The notes: a model not told the origin generated them from the sequence alone. DNA of 64,000 nt from Eledone cirrhosa (GCA_964016885.1 OZ024744.1:31310001-31374000); one strand, 5' to 3'. Shown: positions 25,900 to 41,100, numbered from the stretch's first letter. Numbers and translations are program-made.

Positions 25900-28650
25900 A
25901 ACCCAGTACTAACTAATGTCCTCTGTCATGACAACTATGAGATTGGTAAACCCAGTACTAACTAATGTCCTATGTCATGACCAACTGAGACATTGGTAAA
26001 CCCAGTACTAACTAATGTCCTATGTCATGGCCAACTGAGACGTTGGAAAACCCAGTACTAACTAATGTCCTCTGTCATGGCCAACTGAGACATTGGTAAA
26101 CCCAGTACTAACTAATGTCCTATGTCATGACCAACTGAGACATTGGTAAACACAGTACTAACTAATGTCCTATGTCATGGCCAACTGAGACGTTGGAAAA
26201 CCCAGTACTAACTAATGTCCTCTGTCATGGCCAACTGAGACATTGGTAAACCCAGTACTAACTAATGTCCTACGTCATGACCAACTGAGACATTGGTAAA
26301 CCCAGTATTAACTAATGTCCTATGTCATGGCCAACTGAGACGTTGGTAAATCCAGTACTAACTAATGTCCTCTCTCATGGCTAACTGAGACGTTGGTAAA
26401 CCCAGTACTAACTAATGTTCTCTGTCATGGCCAACTGAGACGTAGGTAAACCCAGTACTAACTAATGTCCTCTGTCATGGCCAACTGAGACGTTAGTAAA
26501 CCCAGTATTAGCTAATGTCCTATGTCATGGCCAACTGAGACGATGGTAAACCCAGTACTAAATAATGTCCTTTGTCATGGCCAACTGAGACATTGGTAAA
26601 CCCAGTTCTAACTAATGTCCTTTGTCATGGCCAACTGAGACATTGGTAAACCCAGTACTATCTAATGTCCTATGTCATGGCCAACTGAGACGTTGGGAAA
26701 CCCAGTACTAACTAATGTCCTCTGTCATGGCCAACTGAGAGATTGGTAAACCCAGTACTAACTAATGTCCTATGTCATGACCAACTGAGACATTGGTAAA
26801 CCTAGTACTAACTAATGTCCTATGTCATGGTCAACTGAGACGTTGGTAAACCCAATACTAACTAATGTCCTCTGTCATAGCCAACTGAGACGTAGGTAAA
26901 GCCAGTACTAACTAATGTCCTCTGTCATGGCCAACTGAAACGTTGGGAAACCCAGTACTAACTAATGTCCTCTGTCATGGCCAACTGAGATATTGCTAAA
27001 CCCAGTATTATCTAATGTCCTATGTCATGACCAACTGAGACGTTGGTATACACATTACTAACGAATGTCCTCTGTCATGGCCAACTGAGACATTGGTAAA
27101 CCCAGTATAAACTAATGTCCTATGTCATGACCAACTGAGACGTTGGTAAACCCAGTACTAACTAACGTCCTATGTCATGGCCAACTGAGACTTTGGTAAA
27201 CCCAGTACTAACTAATGTCCTCTGTCATGGCCAACTGAGACGTTGGTAAACACAGTACTAACTAATGTCCTATGTCATGACCAACTGAGACGTTGGTAAA
27301 CCCAGTACTAACTAATGTCCTCTGTCATGACAACTGAGAGATTGGTAAACCCAGTACTAACTAATGTCCTATGTCATGACCAACTGAGACATTGGTAAAC
27401 CCAGTACTAACTAATGTCCTATGTCATGGCCAACTGAGACGTTGGAAAACCCAGTACTAACTAATGTCCTCTGTCATGGCCAACTGAGACATTGGTAAAC
27501 CCAGTACTAACTAATGTCCTATGTCATGACCAACTGAGACATTGGTAAACACAGTACTAACTAATGTCCTATGTCATGGCCAACTGAGACGTTGGAAAAC
27601 CCAGAACTAACTAATGTCCTCTGTCATGGCCAACTGAGACATTGGTAAACCCAGTACTAACTAATGTCCTACGTCATGACCAACTGAGACATTGGTAAAC
27701 CCAGTATTAACTAATGTCCTATGTCATGGCCAACTGAGACGTTGGTAAATCCAGTACTAACTAATGTCCTCTCTCATGGCCAACTGAGACGTTGGTAAAC
27801 CCAGTACTAACTAATGTTCTCTGTCATGGCCAACTGAGACGTAGGTAAACCCAGTACTAACTAATGTCCTCTGTCATGGCCAACTGAGACGTTAGTAAAC
27901 CCAGTATTAGCTAATGTCCTATGTCATGGCCAACTGAGACGATGGTAAACCCAGTACTAAATAATGTCCTTTGTCATGGCCAACTGAGACATTGGTAAAC
28001 CCAGTTCTAACTAATGTCCTATGTCATGGCCAACTGAGACATTGGTAAACCCAGTAATATCTAATGTCCTATGTCATGGCCAACTGAGACGTTGGGAAAC
28101 CCAGTACTAACTAATGTCCTCTGTCATGGCCAACTGAGAGATTGGTAAACCCAGTACTAACTAATGTCCTATGTCATGACCAACTGAGACATTGGTAAAC
28201 CTAGTACTAACTAATGTCCTATGTCATGGTCAACTGAGACGTTGGTAAACCCAATACTAACTAATGTCCTCTGTCATAGCCAACTGAGACGTAGGTAAAG
28301 CCAGTACTAACTAATGTCCTCTGTCATGGCCAACTGAAACGTTGGGAAACCCAGTACTAACTAATGTCCTCTGTCATGGCCAACTGAGATATTGCTAAAC
28401 CCAGTATTATCTAATGTCCTATGTCATGACCAACTGAGACGTTGGTATACACATTACTAACGAATGTCCTCTGTCATGGCCAACTGAGACATTGGTAAAC
28501 CCAGTATAAACTAATGTCCTATGTCATGACCAACTGAGACGTTGGTAAACCCAGTACTAACTAACGTCCTATGTCATGGCCAACTGAGACTTTGGTAAAC
28601 CCAGTACTAACTAATGTCCTCTGTCATGGCCAACTGAGACGTTGGTAAAC
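25900..28650. repeat. Tandem duplication of a 1,399-bp (28-monomer) block
   Basis: GGTATACACATT variant with CACATT at 27051 and 28450. The same pair reappears at 49881 and 51280. Confidence 0.88.
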
Positions 28651-29309
28651 ACAGTACTGACTAATGTCCTATGTCATGGCCAACTGAGATGTTGGTAAAC
28701 CCAGTACTAATTAATGTCCTCTGTCATGGCCAACTGAGACGTTGGTAAACCCAGTACTAACTAATGTCCTATGTCATGACCAACTGAGACGTTGGTAAAC
28801 CCAGTACTAACTAATGTCCTCTGTCATGACAACTGAGAGATTGGTAAACCCAGTACTAACTAATGTCCTATGTCATGACCAACTGAGACATTGGTAAACC
28901 CAGTACTAACTAATGTGCTCTGTCATGGCCAACTGAGACGTTGGAAAACCCAGTACTAACTAATGTCCTCTGTCATGGCCAACTGAGACATTGGTAAACC
29001 CAGTACTAACTAATGTCCTACGTCATGACCAACTGAGACATTGGTAAACCCAGAACTAACTAATGTCCTATGTCATGGCCAACTGAGACGTTGGTAAATC
29101 CAGTACTAACTAATGTCCTCTCTCATGGCCAACTGAGACGTTGGTAAACACAGTACTAACTAATGTAATATGTCATGGCCAACTGAGATGTTGGTAAACC
29201 CAGTACTAACTAATGTCCTCTGTCATGGCCAACTGAGGCGTTGGTAAACCCAGTACTAACTAATGTCCTATGTCATGACCAACTGAGACGTTGGTAAACC
29301 CAGTACTAA

Positions 29310-32300
29310 CTAATGTCCTCTGTCATGACAACTGAGAGATTGGTAAACCCAGTACTAACTAATGTCCTATGTCATGGACAACTGAGACGTTGGTAAATCC
29401 AGTACTAACTAATGTCCTCTCTCATGGCCAACTGAGACGTTGGTAAACCCAGTACTAACTAATGTTCTCTGTCATGGCCAACTGAGACGTAGGTAAACCC
29501 AGTACTAACTAATGTCCTATGTCATGGCCAACTGAGTCGTTGGTAACCCAGTACCAACTAATGTCCTCTGTCATGACAACTGAGATATTGGTAAACACAG
29601 TACTAACTAATGTCCTATGTCATGGCCAACTGAGATGTTGGTAAACCCAGTACTAACTAATGTCCTCTGTCATGGCCAACTGAGACGTTGGTAAACCCAG
29701 TACTAACTAATGTCCTATGTCATGGCCAACTGAGAGATTGGTAAACCCAGTACTAACTAATGTCCTATGTCATGACCAACTGAGACATTGGTAAACCCAG
29801 TACTAACTAATGTCCTATGTTATGGCCAACTGAGACGTTGGTAAACCCCGTACTAACTAATGTCCTCTGTCATAGCCAACTGAGACGTAGGTAAACCCAG
29901 TACTAACTAATGTCCTATGTCATGGCCAACTGAGTCGTTGGTAACCCAGTACCAACTAATGTCCTCTGTCATGGCCAACTGAGATATTGCTAAACCCAGT
30001 ATTATCTAATGTCCTATGTCATGACCAACTGAGACGTTGGTAAACCCAGTACTAACTAACGTTCAATGTCATGGCCAACTGAGACGTTGGTAACTCAGTA
30101 CTAACTAATGTCCTCTGTCATGGCCAACTGAGACGTTGGTAAACCCAGTACTAACTAATGTCCTATGTCATGGCCAACTGAGACGTTGGTAAACCCAGAA
30201 CTAACAAATGTCCTATGTCATGACCAACTGAGACGTTGGTAAACCCAGTACTAACTAATGTCCTCTGTCATGGCCAACTGAGAGATTGGTAAACCCAGTA
30301 CTAACTAATGTCCTATGTCATGACCAACTGAGACATTGGTAAACACATTACTAACTAATGTCCTATGCCATTCCAACTGAGACGTTGGTAAACCCAGTAC
30401 TAACTAATGTCCTCTGTCATGGCCAACTGAGACATTGCTAAACCCAGTACTAACTAATGCCCTATGTCATGACCAACTGAGACATTGGTAAACCCAGTAC
30501 TAAATAATGTCCTATGTCATGGCCAACTGAGACGTTGGTAAACCCAGTACTAACTAATGTTCTCTGTCATGGCCAACTGTGACGTAGATAAACCCAGTAC
30601 TAACTAATGTCCTCTGTCATGGCCAACTGAGACGTTGGTAAACCCAGTATTAGCTAATGTCCTATGTCATGGCCAACTGAGACGATGGTAAACCCAGTAC
30701 TAAATAATGTCCTCTGTCATGGCCAACTGAGACATTGGTAAACCCAGTTCTAACTAATGTCCTATGTCATGGCCAACTGAGACATTGGTAAACCCAGTAC
30801 TATCTAATGTCCTATGTCAAGGCCAACTGAGACGTTGGTAAACCCAGTACTAAATAATGTCCTCTGTCATGACAACTGAGAGATTGGTAAACCCAGTACT
30901 AACTAATGTCCTATGTCATGGACAACTGAGACGTTGGTAAATCCAGTACTAACTAATGTCCTCTCTCATGGCCAACTGAGACGTTGGTAAACCCAGTACT
31001 AACTAATGTTCTCTGTCATGGCCAACTGAGACGTAGGTAAACCCAGTACTAACTAATGTCCTATGTCATGGCCAACTGAGTCGTTGGTAACCCAGTACCA
31101 ACTAATGTCCTCTGTCATGACAACTGAGATATTGGTAAACACAGTACTAACTAATGTCCTATGTCATGGCCAACTGAGATGTTGGTAAACCCAGTACTAA
31201 CTAATGTCCTCTGTCATGGCCAACTGAGACGTTGGTAAACCCAGTACTAACTAATGTCCTATGTCATGGCCAACTGAGAGATTGGTAAACCCAGTACTAA
31301 CTAATGTCCTATGTCATGACCAACTGAGACATTGGTAAACCCAGTACTAACTAATGTCCTATGTTATGGCCAACTGAGACATTGGTAAACCCCGTACTAA
31401 CTAATGTCCTCTGTCATAGCCAACTGAGACGTAGGTAAACCCAGTACTAACTAATGTCCTATGTCATGGCCAACTGAGTCGTTGGTAACCCAGTACCAAC
31501 TAATGTCCTCTGTCATGGCCAACTGAGATATTGCTAAACCCAGTATTATCTAATGTCCTATGTCATGACCAACTGAGACGTTGGTATACCCAGTACAAAC
31601 GAATGTCCTCTGTCATGGCCAACTGAGACATTGGTAAACCCAGTATAAACAAATGTCCTATGTCATGACCAACTGAGACGTTGGTAAACCCAGTACTAAC
31701 TAACGTTCAATGTCATGGCCAACTGAGACGTTGGTAACTCAGTACTAACTAATGTCCTCTGTCATGGCCAACTGAGACGTTGGTAAACCCAGTACTAACT
31801 AATGTCCTATGTCATGGCCAACTGAGACGTTGGTAAACCCAGAACTAACAAATGTCCTATGTCATGACCAACTGAGACGTTGGTAAACCCAGTACTAACT
31901 AATGTCCTCTGTCATGGCCAACTGAGAGATTGGTAAACCCAGTACTAACTAATGTCCTATGTCATGACCAACTGAGACATTGGTAAACACATTACTAACT
32001 AATGTCCTATGCCATTCCAACTGAGACGTTGGTAAACCCAGTACTAACTAATGTCCTCTGTCATGGCCAACTGAGACATTGCTAAACCCAGTACTAACTA
32101 ATGCCCTATGTCATGACCAACTGAGACATTGGTAAACCCAGTACTAACTAATGTCCTATGTCATGGCCAACTGAGACGTTGGTAAACCCAGTACTAACTA
32201 ATGTTCTCTGTCATGGCCAACTGAGACGTAGATAAACCCAGTACTAACTAATGTCCTCTGTCATGGCCAACTGAGACGTTGGTAAACCCAGTATTAGCTA

Positions 32301-32505
32301 ATGTCCTATGTCATGGCCAACTGAGACGATGGTAAACCCAGTACTAAATAATGTCCTCTGTCATGGCCAACTGAGACATTGGTAAACCCAGTTCTAACTA
32401 ATGTCCTATGTCATGGCCAACTGAGACATTGGTAAACCCAGTACTATCTAATGTCCTATGTCAAGGCCAACTGAGACGTTGGTAAACCCAGTACTAAATA
32501 ATGTC
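29310..32505. repeat. Tandem duplication of a 1,544/1,644-bp block, present only in copy 1 of the large duplication
   Basis: GCCATTCC at 30367 and 32011; AAACCCCG, GGTAACTCAG, ATGCCCT and GTCAAGG each occur twice here but once in 52.1-53.8 kb. Confidence 0.9.
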
Positions 32506-35500
32506 CTCTGTCATGACCAACTGAGAGATTGGTAAACCCAGTACTAACTAATGTCCTATGTCATGGCCAACTGAGACGTTGGTAAACCCAGTACAAACTA
32601 ATGTCCTCTGTCATAGCCAACTGAGACGTAGGTAAACCCAGTACTAACTAATGTTCTCTGTCATGGCCAACTGAAACGTTGGTAAACCCAGTACTAACTA
32701 ATGTCCTCTGTCATGGCCAACTGAGATATTGCTAAACCCAGTATAAACTAATGTCCTATGTCATGACCAACTGAGACGTTGGTAAACCCAGTTCTAACTA
32801 ATGTCCTATGTCATGGCCAACTGAGACGTTGGTAAACCCAGTACTAATTAATGTCCTCTCTCATGGCCAACTGAGACATTGGTAAACCCAGTACTAACTA
32901 ATGTCCTATGTCATGACCAACTGAGATATTGGTAAACCCAGTACTAACTAATGTCCTATGTCATGACCAACTGAGACGTTGGTAAACCCAGTACTAACTA
33001 ATGTCCTCTGTCATGGCCAAATGAGACGTTGGTAAACCCAGTATTAACTAATGTCCTATGTCTTGGCCAACTGAGACGATGGTAAACCCAGTACTAAATA
33101 ATGTCCTCTGTCATGGCCAACTGAGACATTGGTAAACCCAGTTCTAACTAATGTCCTATGTCATGGCCAACTGAGACGTTGGTAAACCCGGTACTAATTA
33201 ATGTCCTCTCTCATGGCCAAATGAGACGTAGGTAAACCCACTACTAACTAATGTCCTATGTAATCGCCAACTGAGACATTGGTAAACCCAGTACTATCTA
33301 ATGTCCTATGTCATGGCCAACTGAGACGTTCGTAAACCCAGTACTAATTAATGTCCTCTCTCATGGCCAACTGAGACGTTGGTAAACCCAGTACTAACGA
33401 ATGTTCTCTGTCATGGCCAACTGAGACGTTGGAAAACCCAGTACTAACTAATGTCCTCTGTTATGGCCAACTGAGACATTCGTAAACCCAGTACTAACTA
33501 ATGTCCTCTGTCGTGGCCAACTGAGAGATTGGTAAACCCAGTACTAACTCATGTCCTATGTCATGATCAACTGAGACATTGGTAAACCCAGTATTAACTA
33601 ATGTCCTATGTCATGGCCAACTGAGACGTTGGTAAACTCAGTACTAACTAATGTCCTCTGTCATGGCCAACTGAGACATTGGTAAACCCAGTACTAACTA
33701 ATGTCCTATGTCATGACCAACTGAGATATTGGTAAACACAGTACTAACTAATGTCCTATGTCATGGCCAACTGAGACGTTGGTAAATCCAGTACTAACTA
33801 ATGTCCTCTCTCATGGCCAACTGAGACGTTAGTAAACCCAGTATTAACTAATGTCCTATGTCATGGCCAACTGAGACGATGGTAAACCAGGTACTAAATA
33901 ATGTCCTCTGTCATGGCCAACTGAGACATTGGTAAACCCAGTACTAACTAATGTCCTATGTCATGGCCAACTGAGACATTGGTAAACTCAGTACTATCTA
34001 ATGTCCTATGTCATGGCACACTGAGACGTTGGTAAACCCAGTACTAATTAATGTCCTCTCTCATGGCCAACTCAGACGTTGGTAAACCCAGTACTAACTA
34101 ATGTCCTCTTTCATAGCCAACTGAGAAGTAGGTAAACCCAGTACTAACTAATGTCATCTGTCATGGCCAACTGAGACGTTGGTAAACCCAGTACTAACTA
34201 ATGTCCTCTGTCATGGCCAACTGAGACATTGGTAAACCCAGTACAAACTAATGTCCTCTGTCATGGCCAACTGAGACGTTGGTAAACCCAGTACTAACTA
34301 ATGTCCTATGTCATGGCCAACTGAGACGTTGGTAAACCCAGAACTAACAAATATCATATATCATGACCAACTGAGACGTTGGTAAACCCAGTACTAACTA
34401 ATGTCCTCTGTCATGGCCAACTGACACATTCGTAAACCCAGTACTAACTAATGTCCTCTGTCATGGCCAAGTGAGAGATTGGTAAACCCAGTACTAACTA
34501 ATGTCCTATGTCATGACCAACTGAGACATTGGTAAACCCAGTACTAACTAATGTCCTATGTCATGGCCAACTTAGACGTTGGTAAACCCAGTACTAACTA
34601 ATGTCCTCTGTCATGGCCAACTGAGACGTTGGTAAACCCAGTACTAACTAATGTCATATGTCTTGGCCAACTGAGACGATGGTAAACCCAGTACTAACTA
34701 ATGTCCTCTGTCATGGCCAACTGAGACATTGGTAAACCCAGTTCTAACTAATGTCCTATGTCATGGCCATCTGAGACGTTGGTAAACCCAGTACTAATTA
34801 ATGTCCTCTCTCATGGCCCACTGAGACGTAGGTAAACCCAGTACTAACTAATGTCCTCTGTCATGGCCAACTGAGACGTTGGTAAATCCCGTACTAACTA
34901 ATGTCCTCTCTTATGACCAACTGAGACGTTGGTAAACCCAGTACAAACTAATGTTCTCTGTCATGGCCAACTGAGACGTAGGTAAACCCAGTACTAACTA
35001 ATATCCTCTGTCATGGCCAACTGAGACATTGGTAAACCCAGTACTAACTAATGTCGTATGTCATGGCCAACTGAGACATTGGTAAACCCAGTACTAACTA
35101 ATGTCCTATGTCATCGCCAACTGAGACGTTGGTAAACCGAGTACTAACTAATGTCCTACGTCATGAGCAACTGAGACGTTGGTAAACCCAGTACTAACTA
35201 ATGTCCTCTGTCATGGCCAACTTAGACGTAGGTAAACCCAGTACTAACTAATGTCCTCTGTCATGGCCAACTGAGACGTTGGTAAACCCAGTACTAACTA
35301 ATGTCCTCTGTCATTACCAACTGAGACGTAGGTAAACCCAGTACTAACTCATGTCCTCTGTCATGGCCAACTGAGACGTAGGTAAACCCAGTACTAACTA
35401 ATGTCCTATGTCATGGCCAACTGAGACGTTGGTAAACCTAGTATTAACTAATGTCCTATGTCATGACCAACTGAGACATTGGTAAACCCAGTACTAACTA

Positions 35501-38149
35501 ATGTCCTATGTCATGGCCAACTGAGACGTTGGTAAACCCAGTACTAACTAATGTCTTATGTCATGGCCAACTGAGACATTGGTAAACCCAGTACTAACTA
35601 ATGTCCTATGTCATGGCCAACCGAGACGGTGGTAAACCCAGTACTAACTAATGTCCTGTGTCATGGCCAACTGAGATATTGCTAAACCCAGTGTTATCTA
35701 ATGTCCTATGTCATGACCAACTGAGACGTTGGTATACCCAGTACTAACGAATGTCCTCTGTCATGGCCAACTGAGACATTGGTAAACCCAGTATAAACTA
35801 ATGACCTATGTCATGGCCAACTGAGACGTTAGTAAACCCAGTACTAACTAATGTCCTATGTCATGACCAACTGAGACATTGGTAAACCCAGTACTAACTA
35901 ATGTCCTATGTCATGGCCAACTGAGACGTTGGTAAATCCAGTACTAACTAATATCCTCTCTCATGACCAACTGAGACGTTGGTAAACCAAGTACTAACTA
36001 ATTTTCTTTGTCATGGCCAACTGAGACGTAGGTAAACCCAGTACTAACTAATGTCCTCTGTCATGGCCAACTGAGACATTGGTAAACCCAGTACTAACTA
36101 ATGTCCTATGTCATGACCAACTGAGATATTGGTAAACCCAGTACTAACTAATGTCCTATGCCATGGCCAACTGAGACGTTGGTAAATCCAGTACTAACTA
36201 ATGTCCTCTCTCATGGCCAACTGAGACGTTGGTAAACCCAGTACTAACTAATGTCCTATGTCATGACCAACTGAGATATTGGTAAACCCAGTGCTAACTA
36301 ATGTCCTATGTCATGGCCAACTGAGACATTGGTAAACCCAGTACTATCTAATGTCCTATGTAATGGCACACTGAGACGTTGGTAAACCCAGTACTAATTA
36401 ATGTCCTCTCTCATGGCCAACTGAGACGTTGGTAAACCCAGTACTAACTAATGTCCTCTTTCATAGCCAACTGAGACGTAGGTAAACCCAGTACTAACTA
36501 ATGTCCTCTGTCATGGCCAACTGAGACGTTGGTAAACCCAGTACTAACTAATGTCCTCTGTCATGGCCAACTGAGACGTTGGTAAACCCAGTACTAACTA
36601 ATGTCCTCTGTCATGGCCAACTGAGACGTTGGTAAACCCAGTACTAACTAATGTCCTATGTCATGGCCAACTGAGTCGTTGGTAAACCCAGTACTATCTA
36701 ATTTCCTATGTCATGACCGACTGAGACGTTGGTAAACCCAGTACTAACTAATGTCCTCTGTCATGGCCAACTGAGAGATTGGTAAACCCAGTACTAACTA
36801 ATGTCCTATGACATGACCAACTGAGACATTGGTAAACCCAGTACTAACTAATGTCCTATGTCATTGCCAACTGAGACGTTGGTAAACCCAGTACTAACTA
36901 ATGTCCTCTGTCATGGCCAATTGAGACATTGGTAAACCCAGTACTAACTAATGTCCTATGTCATGACCAACTGAGACATTGGTAAACCCAGTACTAACTA
37001 ATGTCCTATGTCATGGCCAAGTGAGACGTTGGTAAATCCAGTACTAACTAATGTCCTCTCTTATGACCAACTGAGACGTTTGTAAACCCAGTAAAAACTA
37101 ATGTTCTCTGTCATGGCCAACTTAGACGTAGGTAAACCCAGTACTAACTAATGTCCTCTGTCATGGCCAACTGAGACATTGGTAAACCCAGTACTAACTA
37201 ATGTCGTATGTCATGGCCAACTGAGACATTGGTAAACCCAGTACTAACTAATGTCCTATGTCATCGCCAACTGAGACGTTGGTAAACCCAGTACTAACTA
37301 ATGTCCTACGTCATGACCAACTGAGACGTTGGTAAACCCAGTACTAACTAATGTCCTCTGTCATGGCCAACTTAGACGTAGGTAAACCCAGTACTAACTA
37401 ATGTCCTCTGTCATTACCAACTGAGACGTAGGTAAACCCAGTACTAACTCATGTCCTCTGTCATGGCCAACTGAGACGTAGGTAAACCCAGTACTAACTA
37501 ATGTCCTATGTCATGGCCAACTGAGACGTTGGTAAACCCAGTATTAACTAACGTCCTATGTCATGACCAACTGAGACATTGGTAAACCCAGTACTAACTA
37601 ATGTCCTATGTCATGGCCAACTGAGACGTTGGTAAACCCAGTACTAACTAATGTTTTATGCCATGGCCAACTGAGACATTGGTAAACCCAGTACTAACTA
37701 ATGTCCTATGTCATGACCAACTGAGACGTTGGTAAACCCAGTATTAACTAATGTCCTATGTCATGGCCAACTGAGACGTTGGTAAACCCAGTACTAACTA
37801 ATGTCCTATGTCATGGCCAACTGAGACGTTGGTAAACCCAGTATTAACTAATGTCCTTTTCATGGCCAACTGAGACATTGGTAAACCTAGTACTAACTAA
37901 TGTCGTATGTCATGGCCAACTGAGACATTGGAAAACCCAGTACTAACTAATGTCCTATGTCATGGCCAATTGAGACGTTGGTAAACACAGTACTAACTAA
38001 TGTACTCTCTCCTGGCCAACTGAGACGTTGGTAAACCCAGTACTAACTAATGTTCTCTGTCATGGCCAACTGAGACGTAGGTAAACCCAGTACTAACTAA
38101 TGTCCTATGTCATGACCAACTGAGACGTTGGTAAACCCAGTATTAACTA

Positions 38150-41100
38150 ATGTCCTATGTCATGGCCAACTGAGACATTGGAAAACCCAGTACTATCTAA
38201 TGTCCTCTGTCATGGCCAACTGAGAGATTGGTAAAGCCAGTACTAACTAATGTCCTATGTCATGGACAAATGAGACGTTGGTAAATCCAGTGCTAACTAA
38301 TGTCCTCTGTCATGGCCAACTGAGACATTCGTATACCCAGTACTAACTAATGTCCTCTGTCATGGCCAACTGAGTCATTGGTAAACCCAGTAATAACTAA
38401 TGTCCTATGTCATGGCCAACTGAGACGATGGTAAACCCAGTACTAAATAATGTCCTCTGACATAGCCGACTGAGACTTTCGTAAACCCAGTACTAACTAA
38501 TGTCCTCTGTCATGGCCAACTGAGAGATTGGTAAACCCAGTACTAACTAATGTCCTATGTCATGACCAACTGAGATATTGGTAAACCCAGTACAAACTAA
38601 TGTCCTATGTCATGGCCAACTGAGACGTTGGTAAATCCAGTACTAACTAATGTCCTCTCTCATGGCCAATGAGACGTTGGTAAACCCAGTATTAACTAAT
38701 GTCCTATGTCGTGGCCAACTGAGACGATGGTAAACCCAGTACTAAATAATGTCCTCTGTCATGGCCAACTGAGACATTGGTAAACCCAGTACTAACTAAT
38801 GTCCTATGTCATGGCCAACTGAGACATTGGTAAACTCAGTACTATCTAATGTCCTATGTCATGGCACACTGAGACGTTGGTAAACCCAGTACTAATTAAT
38901 GTCCTCTCTCATGGCAAACTGAGACGTTGGTAAACCCAGTACTAACTAATGTCCTCTTTCATAGCCAACTGAGACGTAGGTAAACCCAGTACTAACTAAT
39001 GTCCTCTGTCATGGCCAACTGAGACGTTGGTAAACCCAGTACTAACTAATGTCCTCTGTCATGGCCAACTGAGACGTTGGTAAACCCAGTACTAACTAAT
39101 GTCCTATGTCATGGCCAACTGAGACGTTGGTAAACCCAGTACTAACTAATGTCCTATGTCATGGCCAATTGAGTCATTGGTAAACCCAGTACTATCTAAT
39201 TTCCTATGTCATGACCAAATGAGACGTTGGTAAACCCAGTACTAACTAATGTCCTCTGTCATGGCCAACTGAGACATTCGTAAACCCAGTACTAACTAAT
39301 GTCCTATGTCATGACCAACTGAGACATTGGTAAACCCAGTACTAACTAATGTCCTATGTCATTGGCAACTGAGACATTGGTAAACCCCGTACTAACTAAT
39401 GTCGTATGTCATGGCCAACTGAGACATTGGTAAACCCAGTACTAACTAATGTCCTATGTCATCGCCAACTGAGACGTTGGTAAACCCAGTACTAACTAAT
39501 GTCCTATGTCATGACCAACTGAGACGTTTGTAAACCCAGTACTAACTAATGTCCTCTGTCATGGCCATCTTAGACGTAGGTAAACCCAGTACTAACTAAT
39601 GTCCTCTGTCATGGCCAACTGAGACGTTGGTAAACCCAGTACTAACTAATGTCCTCTGTCATTACCAACTGAGACGTAGGTAAACCTAGTACTAACTAAT
39701 GTCCTCTGTCATGGCCAACTGAGACGTATGTAAACCCAGTACTAACTAATGTCCTATGTCATGGCCAACGGAGACGTTGGTAAACCCAGTATTAACTAAT
39801 GTCCTATGTCATGACCAACTGAGACATTGGTAAACCCAGTACTAACTAATGTCCTATGTCATGGCCAACTGAGACGTTGGTAAACCCAGTACTAACTAAT
39901 GTCTTATGTCATGGCCAACTGAGACATTGGTTAACCCAGTACTAACTAATGTCCTCTGTCATGGCCAACCGAGACGGTGGTAAACCCAGTACTAACGAAT
40001 GTCCTCTGTCATGGCCAACGGAGACGTTGGTAAACCCAGTACTAACTAATGTCCTATGTCATGACCACCTGAGACATTGGTAAACCCAGTACTATCTAAT
40101 GTCCTCTGTCATGGCCAACTGAGAGATTGGTAAAGCCAGTACTAACTAATGACCTATGTCATGGACAAATGAGACGTTGGTAAATCCAGTGCTAACTAAT
40201 GTCCTCTGTCATGGCCAACTGAGACATTCGTATACCCAGTACTAACTAATGTCCTCTGTCATGGCCAACTGAGTCATTGGTAAACCCAGTAATAACTAAT
40301 GTCCTATGTCATGGCCAACTGAGACGATGGTAAACCCAGTACTAAATAATGTCCTCTGACATAGCTGACTGAGACATTCGTAAACCCAGTACTAACTAAT
40401 GTCCTCTGTCATGGCCAACTGAGAGATTGGTAAACCCAGTAAAAACTAATGTCCTATGTCATGACCAACTGAGATATTGGTAAACCCAGTACAAACTAAT
40501 GTCCTATGTCATGGCCAACTGAGACGTTGGTAAATCCAGTACTAACTAATGTCCTCTCTCATGGCCAACTGAGACGTTGGTAAACTCAGTACTATCTAAT
40601 GTCCTATGTTGTGGCCAACTGAGACGATGGTAAACCCAGTACTAAATAATGTCCTCTGTCATGGCCAACTGAGACATTGGTAAACCCAGTACTAACTAAT
40701 GTCCTATGTCATGGCCAACTGAGACATTGGTAAACTCAGTACTATCTAATGTCCTATGTCATGGCACACTGAGACGTTGGTAAACCCAGTACTAATTAAT
40801 GTCCTCTCTCATGGCCAACTGAGACGTTGGTAAACCCAGTACTAACTAATGTCCTCTTTCATAGCCAACTGAGACGTAGGTAAACCCAGTACTAACTAAT
40901 GTCCTCTGTCATGGCCAACTGAGACGTTGGTAAACCCAGTACTAACTAATGTCCTATGTCATGGCCAACTGAGACGTTGGTAAACCCAGTACTAACTAAT
41001 GTCCTATGTCATGGCCAATTGAGTCATTGGTAAACCCAGTACTATCTAACTTCCTATGTCATGACCAACTGAGACGTTGGTAAACCCAGTACTAACTAAT

